A stretch of DNA of 63,940 nt, filler included, from an uncultured Methanosarcinales archaeon (GTDB lineage Archaea; Nanobdellota; Nanobdellia; Woesearchaeales; JAGLXL01): assembly GCA_964472345.1 (NCBI GenBank). It is 5 parts of 5 records of this genome, joined end to end, with 100 filler letters (N's around TTAATTAATTAA, not from the genome) between each part and the next. Parts side by side here need not be neighbours in the genome. Positions count along the whole stretch, not along the records: positions 28,176 to 41,645 come from CAYYLB010000033.1; 4 more parts are not named here. One strand, written 5' to 3'. A model generated the notes under the pieces. That model was given only the letters and a program-made list of their open reading frames with translations, did no database searches and was not told the origin of the DNA. Positions within the stretch are counted from its first letter, which is position 1, and each line of letters begins with the position of its first letter. Positions 29,552 through 38,914 of this stretch are shown here, piece after piece. Both the position numbers and the translations under genes were made by a program.

Positions 29552-30013
29552 TCACTTCTTCATCAGCCCTCCCAGCGCCACCAGCGCCCCCACGACAAAG
29601 ACTGCCGTCCCGAGGTAAATCGGCCCCAGGTGCGTCACCCAGTCATGTTGAAAGCCGCCGGTGTAGTGCATGGGCAGCGCAACTGCTAATCCGGCAACCG
29701 GCGAGAGCACCGCAGCGACCCACGCCCACCATGCTCCCCGCCGGACGCCATGCCATGCAAGAAACGCGACCGCGATCCCCGTCGCAGCGATGAAGCCGGC
29801 GGTTGCGACGTGCAGGTGGTTGATATAGTAAAGCACCGCGGGATTCAGCGCAGTAAGCTGGCTCGTGGTGACTCCGTTCAGCGTGTCGACACCAAGCTCA
29901 AATCCGCTTCCGGTGAAGCTGCGGAAGAAAAAGACGACCGCGTACCCGATGAAGCTCAGGGCGCCGAGAAGCATCAGCAGCGCTCCGGCGCGCAAGGATT
30001 GCTCTTTACCCAT
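29552..30013 (-). CDS. Four-TM membrane protein
   Basis: SD GAGGTGA before ATG30013; four hydrophobic segments. Confidence 0.7.
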   Translation of the reverse strand: MGKEQSLRAGALLMLLGALSFIGYAVVFFFRSFTGSGFELGVDTLNGVTTSQLTALNPAVLYYINHLHVATAGFIAATGIAVAFLAWHGVRRGAWWAWVAAVLSPVAGLAVALPMHYTGGFQHDWVTHLGPIYLGTAVFVVGALVALGGLMKK

Positions 30014-30077
30014 TGAAATCACCTCTTGCTGTTTTTTGGCTGATGGGCATCCTTCTATAAATAGTTTACCCTCATTT

Positions 30078-30306
30078 GGCTCTGTAGAAAAGTGGCCGTA
30101 GCCGTCAGCTGGAGCAGCACCGGAGCCGCATGGCGGAGGTCTGCTCGACGGCTGACGCCAAGCAAATCGGGGATTTGCGGGCACCAAAAGCGAAGCTTTT
30201 GCGTGCGCCGGGGGATGCGCCCGAGCGAGGCGAGCGGTGTGCCAGCAATTGCGGATTGCTCTGCACCCCATCCGGGGTGGCGCGTAGGCCACTTTTCTAC
30301 GAAGCC
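30078..30306. mobile_element. MITE-like non-coding element
   Basis: About 20-bp imperfect terminal IR GGCTCTGTAGAAAAGTGGCC/GGCCACTTTTCTACGAAGCC. A similar single end lies at 9081-9100. Confidence 0.65.
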
Positions 30307-30405
30307 CCTCCTTTGCGGCGTTGTACCTTGATCATATCCCGCCACCACTCCACACAGCGCCGGAGCCCCAACACATTTAAAAACACCATTTCTCCACCGC
30401 AAGCC

Positions 30406-32175
30406 ATGGCGCTGCGGAGCTTGATTTGCACGGTTGTCGGCCACGTTGACCACGGCAAGACCAGCCTCCTCGATGCCATTCGCGGAAGCGCGGTCACTGC
30501 CACGGAAGCGGGGAAGATCACGCAGGCGATCGGCGCGAGCATCATCCCCCTCGAAACAATCGAAAGGCTCTGCGGTCCGCTGCTCAAAAAGAAAGGCATG
30601 GCGCTCAACCTTCCGGGGCTGCTGTTCATCGACACGCCCGGCCACGCGGCTTTCGTCAACCTGAGGAGGCGCGGAGGCGCACTTGCGGACATTGCGGTGC
30701 TTGTCATCGACATCAACGAGGGGTTCAGGCCGCAGACCATGGAGGGCATTGAGATCCTGAAAGCGAACAAGACTCCGTTTGTCGTTGCGGCGAACAAGAT
30801 CGATCTGCTCCGCGGGTGGGCGACAAAGAAGGAGCTGCCGCTCGTGCAGTCGATCGCGCAGCAGGGCGCACTCGAGCTTTTTGAATCAAAACTTTACGAG
30901 CTTGTGGGGAAGCTTCACGAGCTTGGCTTCGCGTCAGAGCGCTTCGACCGTGTCGAGGACTTCGCGAAGCAGGTTGCGATAATCCCCGTCTCTGCGCACA
31001 CCCGCGAGGGCATTCCCGAGCTGCTGATGGTGCTGGCAGGACTGGCGCAGCGGTACCTCGAGAAGCACCTGCAGGTTGACATTCTTGGCGGCGCAAAGGG
31101 AACAGTCCTTGAGCTCAAGGAGCAGCAGGGGCTCGGGACGACGGTGGACGTTATCCTTTATGATGGCATGCTGCACGTGAACGACACAATAGTCATCGGT
31201 GGCGTCGTCGCGCCCGTCGTCACCAAAGTGCGCGCCTTGCTCGAGCCCTTGCCATTGGTGGAGATGCGCACGAAGAAAGCGGCGTTCCGGCAGGTCGCCG
31301 AGGTCACCGCAGCGACAGGGGTGAAGATCGCCGCCCCATTGCTCGAGCATGCAGCCGCCGGCATGCCGCTGCGCTCCTGCGCTGCAGGCGACGTTGAGCG
31401 TGTCGCGCGCGAGGTTCAGGAGGAAGTTGAGGAAGTGCTCGTGCAGACGGATCCGCAGGGCGTGATCGTGAAGGCGGATGCGCTCGGCAGCGTGGAGGCG
31501 CTTGCCCTGCTGCTGCGGGAGCACGGCATCCCGATCAAGGCGGCATCCATCGGGCGCATCACGAAGAATGATGTTGCCGAAGCGGAGATGATGGGGAAGG
31601 AGCAGCCATTCTATGGCACTGTGATTGGCTTCAACACTGGTGTCCTGCAGGAAGCGCAGGAGGCGCTCGCCGCGAAGCAGGTGAAGCTGATCACGAGCGA
31701 CGTGATTTACGACATCATTGAGCAGTACGGGCATTGGAAAGAGGAGAAGAAAAAAGCCATTGAGCTTGCGGAGCTGAGCCAGCTGGTGCGCGGCGGCAAG
31801 ATCCGCATCCTGCCGGGCTACGTCTTCCGCCAGAGCAATCCTGCGGTCGTTGGCGTTGAGGTGCTCGCGGGCCGCATCAGGGCAGGCGAGCCGGCGATGA
31901 ACGCTTCCGGGAAGCGGCTGAGCGTCATCCGCGACATCCAGGAGGAGCAGAAGTCCATTTCCGTCGCGGAAGCGGGGAAGCGCGTCGCGGTTGCGCTCGA
32001 GCACGTGATGGTCGGCAGGCAGGTGCATGAAGGCGACGTGCTGTACACGGACGTCCCGGAGGAGCATTTCCGCACGATGAAAAAGCTGAAGCACTATGTG
32101 ACGGGCGGCGATGCGCTGCTGCTGAAGGAGATCGCAGAGGTGAAGCGGAAGGAGAACATCACCTGGGGGATGTAG
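30406..32175 (+). CDS. infB: Translation initiation factor aIF5B (IF-2)
   Basis: GHVDHGKT, ITQAIGA, DTPGH, NKID, KADALGSVEAL, VFRQSNPA. Confidence 0.97.
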   Translation: MALRSLICTVVGHVDHGKTSLLDAIRGSAVTATEAGKITQAIGASIIPLETIERLCGPLLKKKGMALNLPGLLFIDTPGHAAFVNLRRRGGALADIAVLVIDINEGFRPQTMEGIEILKANKTPFVVAANKIDLLRGWATKKELPLVQSIAQQGALELFESKLYELVGKLHELGFASERFDRVEDFAKQVAIIPVSAHTREGIPELLMVLAGLAQRYLEKHLQVDILGGAKGTVLELKEQQGLGTTVDVILYDGMLHVNDTIVIGGVVAPVVTKVRALLEPLPLVEMRTKKAAFRQVAEVTAATGVKIAAPLLEHAAAGMPLRSCAAGDVERVAREVQEEVEEVLVQTDPQGVIVKADALGSVEALALLLREHGIPIKAASIGRITKNDVAEAEMMGKEQPFYGTVIGFNTGVLQEAQEALAAKQVKLITSDVIYDIIEQYGHWKEEKKKAIELAELSQLVRGGKIRILPGYVFRQSNPAVVGVEVLAGRIRAGEPAMNASGKRLSVIRDIQEEQKSISVAEAGKRVAVALEHVMVGRQVHEGDVLYTDVPEEHFRTMKKLKHYVTGGDALLLKEIAEVKRKENITWGM

Positions 32176-32214
32176 GGGGCTATTTTTATAAAGCCGGCCG
32201 CTCTTCTCGGGAGA

Positions 32215-33906
32215 ATGAAAAGGGGCCAGGTATCGCCGTTTCTGATTATGGGGCTTGTGCTCGTCGTTCTTGCTGCCGTCGTGGTTCTTGTGGTGAGTGT
32301 CACGACGGAAAAGAAAGCCGCAGAACAGGCGGCAGGGGCTGCGGAGCTTGCGGCGGAAGCGCAGGAGATCGAGACATTCATCACGCTCTGCGTGCGGCGC
32401 ACCGCGTACGAAGGGCTTGAGCTTCTCGGCAGGCAGGGCGGCTATCTTGCGGTTCCGCGGCTGATACGCCTGCAGGGGACTGCATCCTGGCATCTCGACC
32501 AGGTGAACATCCAGCCGGCGCTGAACCAGACGCTGCAGCGCCTCGAGACGCACATCAACAACAACCTCGAGTCCTGCACGGCGCTGGAGCGCTTCCGGGC
32601 ACAGGGCTTTGACATCAGCGCGCAGAGCCCGAAAAGCGCGGTCTTCTACACGCCCGACAGCGTGAGCATTGACGTGCGCTATCCCGTGCAGGTGCGGAAG
32701 GAAGGGTACGAGAAGAGCTTCGAGCAGTTCCATGCGAACCTCGACGTGCGCTTCCGCAGGATGTTCGAGCTCGCGTCGCAGATCGTCAACCGGCAGCTCG
32801 ATCCGGCGTTCAGGTTCTCCGCTCCGCTTGAGCTGGTCGATGCGGGCGATTTTGCGGTTTCGTACCAGCGGGTCGACAACGAGACGCTCCTGTACACTAT
32901 CACCGACCCGACGCGCCTTGAGGAAGGGCAGCGCTTCTCATTCACCTTCGCGAGCCGCTTCCGCCCTTCCGGCCTGAAGCGCTCCGTCGCGCTGCAGAGG
33001 AACAGCCACATCGTCGCGACCGTGCTGCCGCTGATCGTCTACTCGCTCGACCGGATGGCGCAGCTCAACATCTTTCCCGGAGCGACCATGGCGCTCGACA
33101 ACGACAAAGTCGAAGCGATTACGGTGCAGCAGTTCTACCCTGACAACGCGACACGGAGTGACGTGCCGTTCCACGAGCTTGCGGACAACTCGGTGACGTA
33201 TGGCGACCTGACGTGGGTGCTCACCTACCCCGTGTACCGCTTCGAGCCTACGGGAATGCGATTCAGCAGCCCGCAGCGGCTCGTCCTCTACTGGGACAAC
33301 GACCGCGTCCCTGCGAAAGGGAAGATGGGGATCCTGTACCGGGAAGGGAGCGGAGAGGCAGCAGGCGCGTGGAGGCCGCTGCCGGCGCGGGCGGACTACG
33401 GGCAGCATTTCGTGTACACTGACATCCCCGGCTTCAGCGAGTTCACTCCGGTCGACTGCGAAGAGCAGCCGGAGAAGGACACGAGCGCGACGGCGGAGAT
33501 TGATCCTGGCGGGAAGTGCTGGGCAATTTTCATCGTCGCAGTTATTGTCATCATAATCCTACTCTATCTCATCGGACCGTTTATCGTATTTCTGAAAGGG
33601 GCAATCGGAGCCCTCTTCACTGCTGTTGTCGTTACATCGGTCGCTGTCGTTGGGGGGGCGTTCACAAGCTCTCAACTCGCGTACAGCGCAGGCGAGGATA
33701 GCGTCACCTTCACGCCGACGTGTGACCAGCAGCTTGAAATCAGGGAAGAGCTGAGCAATGGCCAGGGCATGTGCGTCCCGAGCGGGACTGTCGATGTTAC
33801 GGGAGGAACGCCTCAGCCTATCCAGGCCCAACTGCAGAAATGCACGGGAGCACGCAAATACTTCTGCGGCAAATGCTCCCTTACCTGCTCAACCAAATAC
33901 AAGTAA
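32215..33906 (+). CDS. Large pilin-like protein with class III signal peptide
   Basis: MKRG|QVSPFLIMGLVLVV; C-terminal hydrophobic hairpin inside a Cys-rich domain. Confidence 0.8.
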   Translation: MKRGQVSPFLIMGLVLVVLAAVVVLVVSVTTEKKAAEQAAGAAELAAEAQEIETFITLCVRRTAYEGLELLGRQGGYLAVPRLIRLQGTASWHLDQVNIQPALNQTLQRLETHINNNLESCTALERFRAQGFDISAQSPKSAVFYTPDSVSIDVRYPVQVRKEGYEKSFEQFHANLDVRFRRMFELASQIVNRQLDPAFRFSAPLELVDAGDFAVSYQRVDNETLLYTITDPTRLEEGQRFSFTFASRFRPSGLKRSVALQRNSHIVATVLPLIVYSLDRMAQLNIFPGATMALDNDKVEAITVQQFYPDNATRSDVPFHELADNSVTYGDLTWVLTYPVYRFEPTGMRFSSPQRLVLYWDNDRVPAKGKMGILYREGSGEAAGAWRPLPARADYGQHFVYTDIPGFSEFTPVDCEEQPEKDTSATAEIDPGGKCWAIFIVAVIVIIILLYLIGPFIVFLKGAIGALFTAVVVTSVAVVGGAFTSSQLAYSAGEDSVTFTPTCDQQLEIREELSNGQGMCVPSGTVDVTGGTPQPIQAQLQKCTGARKYFCGKCSLTCSTKYK

Positions 33907-33907
33907 C

Positions 33908-35650
33908 ATGATCTCACGCATACGGTGGCCGGTGTGGACGGTGGTGCTCGCAGCCGCGCTCCTCTTCTTCGGAGCAAGAAGCGGATTGATAGCGGGAGGC
34001 ATAACAGGGACAGGTCTCGCCACCTTCGCCAACGCCGGCTGCTGCCTCCCTGTCTGCCAGCAGACGGCGCAGTCCGAGTGCTTCGGCGCGTTTGAAGCCG
34101 GCATGGAGTGCGCGGCGCTGGAGCAGTGCAACGTCGGCTGCTGCATCGACACGGAGGGCTACTGCCTGAGCAACTACCTTAGGGGGAGCTGCGCTGCCGC
34201 AGTAGGGGAGTTCATTGCTACGAGGGAGTGCCCGCAGGAGCCGCAGTGCGTCACGGAGAGGGCTGCAACGTCCCTGCTCGGCTTCACCGGGTATGAAGCG
34301 GCTTTCCCTGTGTCGCAGCATGGCATCCTCTTCACCGAGCCCATCGCGGGAAGAGCCGGGCAGCCGTTCACCATCAGGATGCAGCCATTCGGGAACGCAA
34401 GCGAGGTACGGGCGGCGCTTTCCAGCGGCGGCTACCAGAAGGCGCTTGCGCTGTACGACGACGGGAGCCACGGCGACGGCAATGCCGCTGACGGGCTTTT
34501 CGCGGCGGTGTGGAGCGAGCCGTCATTCCCTGCGTTCGAAGGCATCCGGCGCGTGAATGTGAGCGTAGCGGTGGACGGGGCTGAAGCGGCAACGGAAGAC
34601 GCACTCTTTCTTACCTCCACGAGCTGCAGGCCGCTGCGCAAGCCGTGGGAAGCGCCGGAAACGAGGCCGGACATCATCTTCGTCAAGGCGCAGGACACAA
34701 CCGCAACCGTGCAGCTGCCGCACGAGCTTGAGGCGCTGTTCGTGCTCAGCCACCTTGCCGCAGCAGAGTCGCTCGATGCGCTCAGCGAATGGAATATGGA
34801 CATCATCAGCGAGCCTCTTGCGTCCGGCGATCGGAGCGCGGCACGGAGCGTCGTTGGCACCCACTGCACCTTCTACAACGCAGAGCAGGACACCATCATA
34901 TTCTTCAATCCGGCCATCACCGGCTGCGAGCAGGAGCCCGGCATGATCACGGTAAATCCGCGCCTGATCTTCAACCAGAGCGCGCTTCCCGGCGTGCCGA
35001 TCAGCACGGTGCTGGGCAGTTTCTGCAACCTGACGACGACGGAGCCGCAGCTCCGTGAGCGGATCGAGCAGGCGCGCAGCCCGCCGGACGTCACGCTCAT
35101 CCTGCCGCAGAACGAGTCAGTGTATGATGTTTCAGCCGTCGCCGTGAGCTTCCAGATCAACGACAGCAGGGATTCGGCCCTCTCGTACGAGATCTACCGG
35201 GACATCAACAACCCGCTGATGGTGCTCGAGCGCGGGAGCGCGGCATCAGGGACGCAGCACGCGAGCAGCGTGACGCTCGGCGACGGCTCCCATTTCCTCT
35301 GGGTGGAGGCGCGCGACAGCGACGGCAACCTCGGCTTTTCGGAGGTCGTCACCATCAACGTGAACGTGTCCAACTTCGTGATCGACATCACCTCGCTGGA
35401 GCCGCTCGATTACGACCATTCGCCGGAAATCAACTTCACGGTCGCGCATGCGCATGCGGCAGAGCTCAATTATACTATCCTCATCAATGAAACGCTGCAG
35501 GTCAATGGAACGGCAGCAGTTGAGCAGCAGGTGAGCATCCCGACGGCGCTCGCCAACGGGACATATGTCATCCGGATCTCCGCGAGCGACGATGAAGGCC
35601 GGACGGCGCAGTCACTGCCCTACACCATCAACGTGAGCAACCAACCATGA
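33908..35650 (+). CDS. Secreted Cys-rich surface protein with Ig-like domains
   Basis: Signal peptide + ITG, GCC...GCC domain, LYDDGSHGDG motif. Confidence 0.8.
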   Translation: MISRIRWPVWTVVLAAALLFFGARSGLIAGGITGTGLATFANAGCCLPVCQQTAQSECFGAFEAGMECAALEQCNVGCCIDTEGYCLSNYLRGSCAAAVGEFIATRECPQEPQCVTERAATSLLGFTGYEAAFPVSQHGILFTEPIAGRAGQPFTIRMQPFGNASEVRAALSSGGYQKALALYDDGSHGDGNAADGLFAAVWSEPSFPAFEGIRRVNVSVAVDGAEAATEDALFLTSTSCRPLRKPWEAPETRPDIIFVKAQDTTATVQLPHELEALFVLSHLAAAESLDALSEWNMDIISEPLASGDRSAARSVVGTHCTFYNAEQDTIIFFNPAITGCEQEPGMITVNPRLIFNQSALPGVPISTVLGSFCNLTTTEPQLRERIEQARSPPDVTLILPQNESVYDVSAVAVSFQINDSRDSALSYEIYRDINNPLMVLERGSAASGTQHASSVTLGDGSHFLWVEARDSDGNLGFSEVVTINVNVSNFVIDITSLEPLDYDHSPEINFTVAHAHAAELNYTILINETLQVNGTAAVEQQVSIPTALANGTYVIRISASDDEGRTAQSLPYTINVSNQP

Positions 35651-36510
35651 AACGCCCGATGCACCTGACAATATTCGGCATCCTTGCCACAGGCATCCTT
35701 TTCGTGGGCATCCTTGCCGCAGGCGCCAGCGCCGAGCGGCTCTACCAGTTCGAGCTCAGCCGGAGCGAGAGTCAGATCCTGTACCTCGGCGTGCAGGTCA
35801 TGGGGGGGACGCTCCCGCAGCCGGCATCCGAAGCCAGCGACGCGTTCGCACTTGCGCTGCTCGATTTCACCCGGCAGGAGCTGCACCGCGTCTCGTTCGG
35901 GCCGCCGCAGTACGGCCTCTTCACTGTGGCTGCGCCCTACCTGCCGTCGGCGAAGGAGGCGCGCATCACGAACGCTGCCGGCGACGTAGTCCTGACCATC
36001 CCCATTGCGCAGTTCGCAAAGACATGCGGCAACGCATATTGCGAGCCGCAGGAGAGCTTTGAGACATGTGCGCGCGACTGCAGCTCAGGAAGCCAGGACG
36101 ATTACTGCGATCGGGAGCCGGATGGAAGATGCGATCCGGATTGCAAGGCAGCGGATGATGGGGACTGTGCTACCCCATTGCAGAAGCCTGCGGAACGGCT
36201 TGGAGAGCAGCTTGGTGGTGAGCGTGACACTTTCCGGGATGAAGAGCTTGTCGTTTCTTCTGGCGGTGAAGCGGCGGGGAGCGGTTTGTGGTGGTTGGCG
36301 CTCGCCGGCGCGGTTCTTGCCCTTGGGGTTGCGTTGTTCTTTCGGTCGCGGCGGGCCGCGCAGCTTGCTCGGTACGTGGAGAGCTGCCGCGCGCAGGGGT
36401 ACACCGACCTCAGCATCCGTGAAGCGCTTGGTAAGGGAGAATATTCCCGTCGGCGGATTGAGCGTGCCCTGCGGAAGGTGATAAGAGGGCGCGGGAATGG
36501 AGAGGGGTGA
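35647..36510 (+). CDS. Single-pass membrane protein with Cys-rich repeat
   Basis: CGNAYCEPQESFETCARDC...CDPDC, then a TM helix and short cytoplasmic domain. Confidence 0.8.
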   Translation: MKRPMHLTIFGILATGILFVGILAAGASAERLYQFELSRSESQILYLGVQVMGGTLPQPASEASDAFALALLDFTRQELHRVSFGPPQYGLFTVAAPYLPSAKEARITNAAGDVVLTIPIAQFAKTCGNAYCEPQESFETCARDCSSGSQDDYCDREPDGRCDPDCKAADDGDCATPLQKPAERLGEQLGGERDTFRDEELVVSSGGEAAGSGLWWLALAGAVLALGVALFFRSRRAAQLARYVESCRAQGYTDLSIREALGKGEYSRRRIERALRKVIRGRGNGEG

Positions 36511-36556
36511 TGCTCATGGGGAGTAGGAGCACACGTTCTTTTTTTGCCTTTATGGC

Positions 36557-36730
36557 GGGTTGGTGCGAACCTCGCTGCCGCGGCGCTGCCAGCTCGCTCG
36601 CCGTTTTCCCGCCGTGCTTCATGCTGAACGCACCCTCATTTCCTTCGAAGGAAAACGGTCCCTTGCGCGTCTCACGAGGTACACGGGCTCGCTCGCAAAG
36701 GAATGGCAGCGCGCCGTTTCGCACCAACCC
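36557..36730. repeat. Intergenic long imperfect hairpin (MITE-like)
   Basis: 13-bp terminal IR GGGTTGGTGCGAA/TTCGCACCAACCC; inner GCGCTGCCA/TGGCAGCGC. Confidence 0.65.
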
Positions 36731-36778
36731 CATGTACGGCACAATCATTAAAAAGGATCGCGCAAAAGGCATTCCTCC

Positions 36779-37252
36779 ATGAAACAGCTGCGCATCCTGA
36801 ACACCCGCGACGTGAAGCGCCTGCAGCAGTTGCTCGGGGAGCAGCACGGCGGTGCGATGCCTGCGGATGTCGCGTTCCTGCAGGATTACAAGAACCATAT
36901 TTTTCTTGTCACGAGGGACGTGATGCGCGTTGATCTTGAACAGCTGCGGCTGAACTCGCTCGGCTTGTATGTTGGCGAGATGAACGCGTATGGCGAGCTG
37001 CGGCTGAGCATCGAAGGCTCACAGCTCCTCGGCGTGCACGCGACCAGGAACGTGCGCGAGCTCGATGCGGAGCAGGTGCGCGCGTACTTCCGCGGCGAGG
37101 AGATCACGCTCGATCCGTCGCAGCAGCCCGGGGGCCAGCCGTTCCTGCTGCTGAAGTACCGCAATGACTTCCTCGGCGCAGCCAAGTGCAAAGGCGGGAA
37201 GCTGCTCAATTACCTCCCCAAAGTGCATCGGACGCACGACCTCATTCTCTAG
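36779..37252 (+). CDS. NIP7 / RsmF C-terminal-like PUA-domain protein
   Basis: SLGLYVGE...LRLSIEGSQLLG...LLNYLPK. Confidence 0.75.
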   Translation: MKQLRILNTRDVKRLQQLLGEQHGGAMPADVAFLQDYKNHIFLVTRDVMRVDLEQLRLNSLGLYVGEMNAYGELRLSIEGSQLLGVHATRNVRELDAEQVRAYFRGEEITLDPSQQPGGQPFLLLKYRNDFLGAAKCKGGKLLNYLPKVHRTHDLIL

Positions 37253-37653
37253 CCATCAGCCGCTTCGATGGTGACCGTAATGGTTGCATTCGGATCCTTC
37301 AGCCGCTCAACCAGGCTGCGCGAGAGATCCCGTGCTGCTTTCGTCGCTCCCGTCGCGAACGTCCTCGCCGAGCGGAAGTCCGTCGTGCGGATCACCAGCT
37401 CATGCCCGTCCGAGAACAGCGGGTTCGGCCGCGCGGCCACCGCGTCCTGCGCGTCACCGGCCTGAATGAGAATCCTGACCAGTTTCTGCGTGAAGAATCC
37501 CTTGAGCTTCCCGGCTGCGAAGTCGGCGCCGACACCGGCGATGCAGTTCCCGCGTGTCGTCAGCTGCGTGTCACGGGTGAACTCAAGCGTCGTCGGATGC
37601 GTCGCGCGGATGTGAAGGTGGCCGCGTGCGGTAAAGGTGTAAGAAATCATCAA
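37249..37653 (-). CDS. DUF371 family protein
   Basis: ARGHLHIRATHPTTLEFTRD..LT.RG.CI; KAARDL. Confidence 0.88.
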   Translation of the reverse strand: MMISYTFTARGHLHIRATHPTTLEFTRDTQLTTRGNCIAGVGADFAAGKLKGFFTQKLVRILIQAGDAQDAVAARPNPLFSDGHELVIRTTDFRSARTFATGATKAARDLSRSLVERLKDPNATITVTIEAADG

Positions 37654-37883
37654 GCGTGTTCCTTGAGAAGGTCTTCGATCGGCTTCTTCTTTTTCTCCTT
37701 CGTATCCTTCGCGAGCTTCTCGAGGTCAACGCCGAGCTCTTTCAGCTCCTTGATGTGCATCTGCATCAGCTGCTCGACGATGGTGAGGATCTTGAGCATC
37801 TCCTCGCGCTCCTTTGCGAGCGTTGCGAGCGCGCCTTTGTGAAAACCCACCTGCTCGTCCTTGCCCGCGGATTGCCCAGCCAT
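37650..37883 (-). CDS. Small coiled-coil protein
   Basis: TTTAAA box upstream; stop overlaps the DUF371 start. Confidence 0.7.
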   Translation of the reverse strand: MAGQSAGKDEQVGFHKGALATLAKEREEMLKILTIVEQLMQMHIKELKELGVDLEKLAKDTKEKKKKPIEDLLKEHA

Positions 37884-37935
37884 GGCCGCCGGAAGTGCTG
37901 GAACGTTTTTAAACCTTTGCGTCTCACGCGTCGCT

Positions 37936-38865
37936 ATGGAGCTTTGGCTTGAGAACGGGAGGCTCATCACCCGTGAAGCGTGGGAGCGGCGCATCGGGCA
38001 GCTCAGGGAGTGCGCTCCAGCCGAATACCGGACAAAGGAAGAGGCGGTCGCAGCGGTGCGGGAGGCGCTCGTTGCCGCCGTCACCAGCAGGCTTCCCCAG
38101 AAATGCTTCGGCATCTTCTTCTCCGCCGGCGTGGACAGCGCGCTGATGGCGCTGCTTGCAAAACAGGCTCGGGCCGTTTTTGTCTGTTACACAGTCGGTT
38201 TTCACGAAGAGGGCATGGGCTTCCCTGCCGATGTGCTGGCAGCCGGGGCATTCGCGCCGCGTGAGCAGCTTGTTCTGCGGACCAGGATATTTTCGCTCGC
38301 TGAGGTGGAAGCGCTCGTGCATCGTGCCGTGGAGATCCTGAAACCGGCAGGCTTGTTCGATGCCGTGAGCGTCAGCGTGGCCGCCGTTGTGCTCGCTGCG
38401 CTCAGCCTCGCCCGCGCTGACCAGCTCATGGAGTTCTTCAGCGGCCTTGGAGCGGAGGAGATTTTCGCCGGCTATCACCGCCACAGGAAGGCAGCAGACG
38501 TCCAGGCAGAATGCTGGCGCGGCCTGGGCGCGATGTGGTCACGTGACCTAGTGCGTGATGCAGCCGTCGCCCGTGCGTACGGCATTACCATGCATACGCC
38601 ATACCTCGATGAGAGCCTGATTGCGGCCGCCATGGCCGTCCCTTCGAAATGGAAGATTGATTCCCAGCACAAGAAGATCATCCTGCGCGAGGCTGCGGAA
38701 GAACTCGGCGTCCCGAAAGAGATTGCCTGGCGCAGGAAGATCGCCGCGCAGTACGGCAGCGGCTTTGACAAGGCGCTCGGGAAGCTCGCGAGGAAGCACG
38801 GGTTCAGGACAAAGGGGGAATATCTCGAAGCGCTCGCTCACGGCCGCGGATCGGGTAGGAAATAA
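37936..38865 (+). CDS. Asparagine synthase C-terminal (ATP pyrophosphatase) domain protein without glutaminase domain
   Basis: FSAGVDS, SGLGAEEIFAGY, PYLD, KIILR, KIAAQYGSG. Confidence 0.85.
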   Translation: MELWLENGRLITREAWERRIGQLRECAPAEYRTKEEAVAAVREALVAAVTSRLPQKCFGIFFSAGVDSALMALLAKQARAVFVCYTVGFHEEGMGFPADVLAAGAFAPREQLVLRTRIFSLAEVEALVHRAVEILKPAGLFDAVSVSVAAVVLAALSLARADQLMEFFSGLGAEEIFAGYHRHRKAADVQAECWRGLGAMWSRDLVRDAAVARAYGITMHTPYLDESLIAAAMAVPSKWKIDSQHKKIILREAAEELGVPKEIAWRRKIAAQYGSGFDKALGKLARKHGFRTKGEYLEALAHGRGSGRK

Positions 38866-38914
38866 GAACGCAAGCCCAGCGTCGTTCCAGCCCGTGTGTT
38901 CTGGCAGTGGCTGC

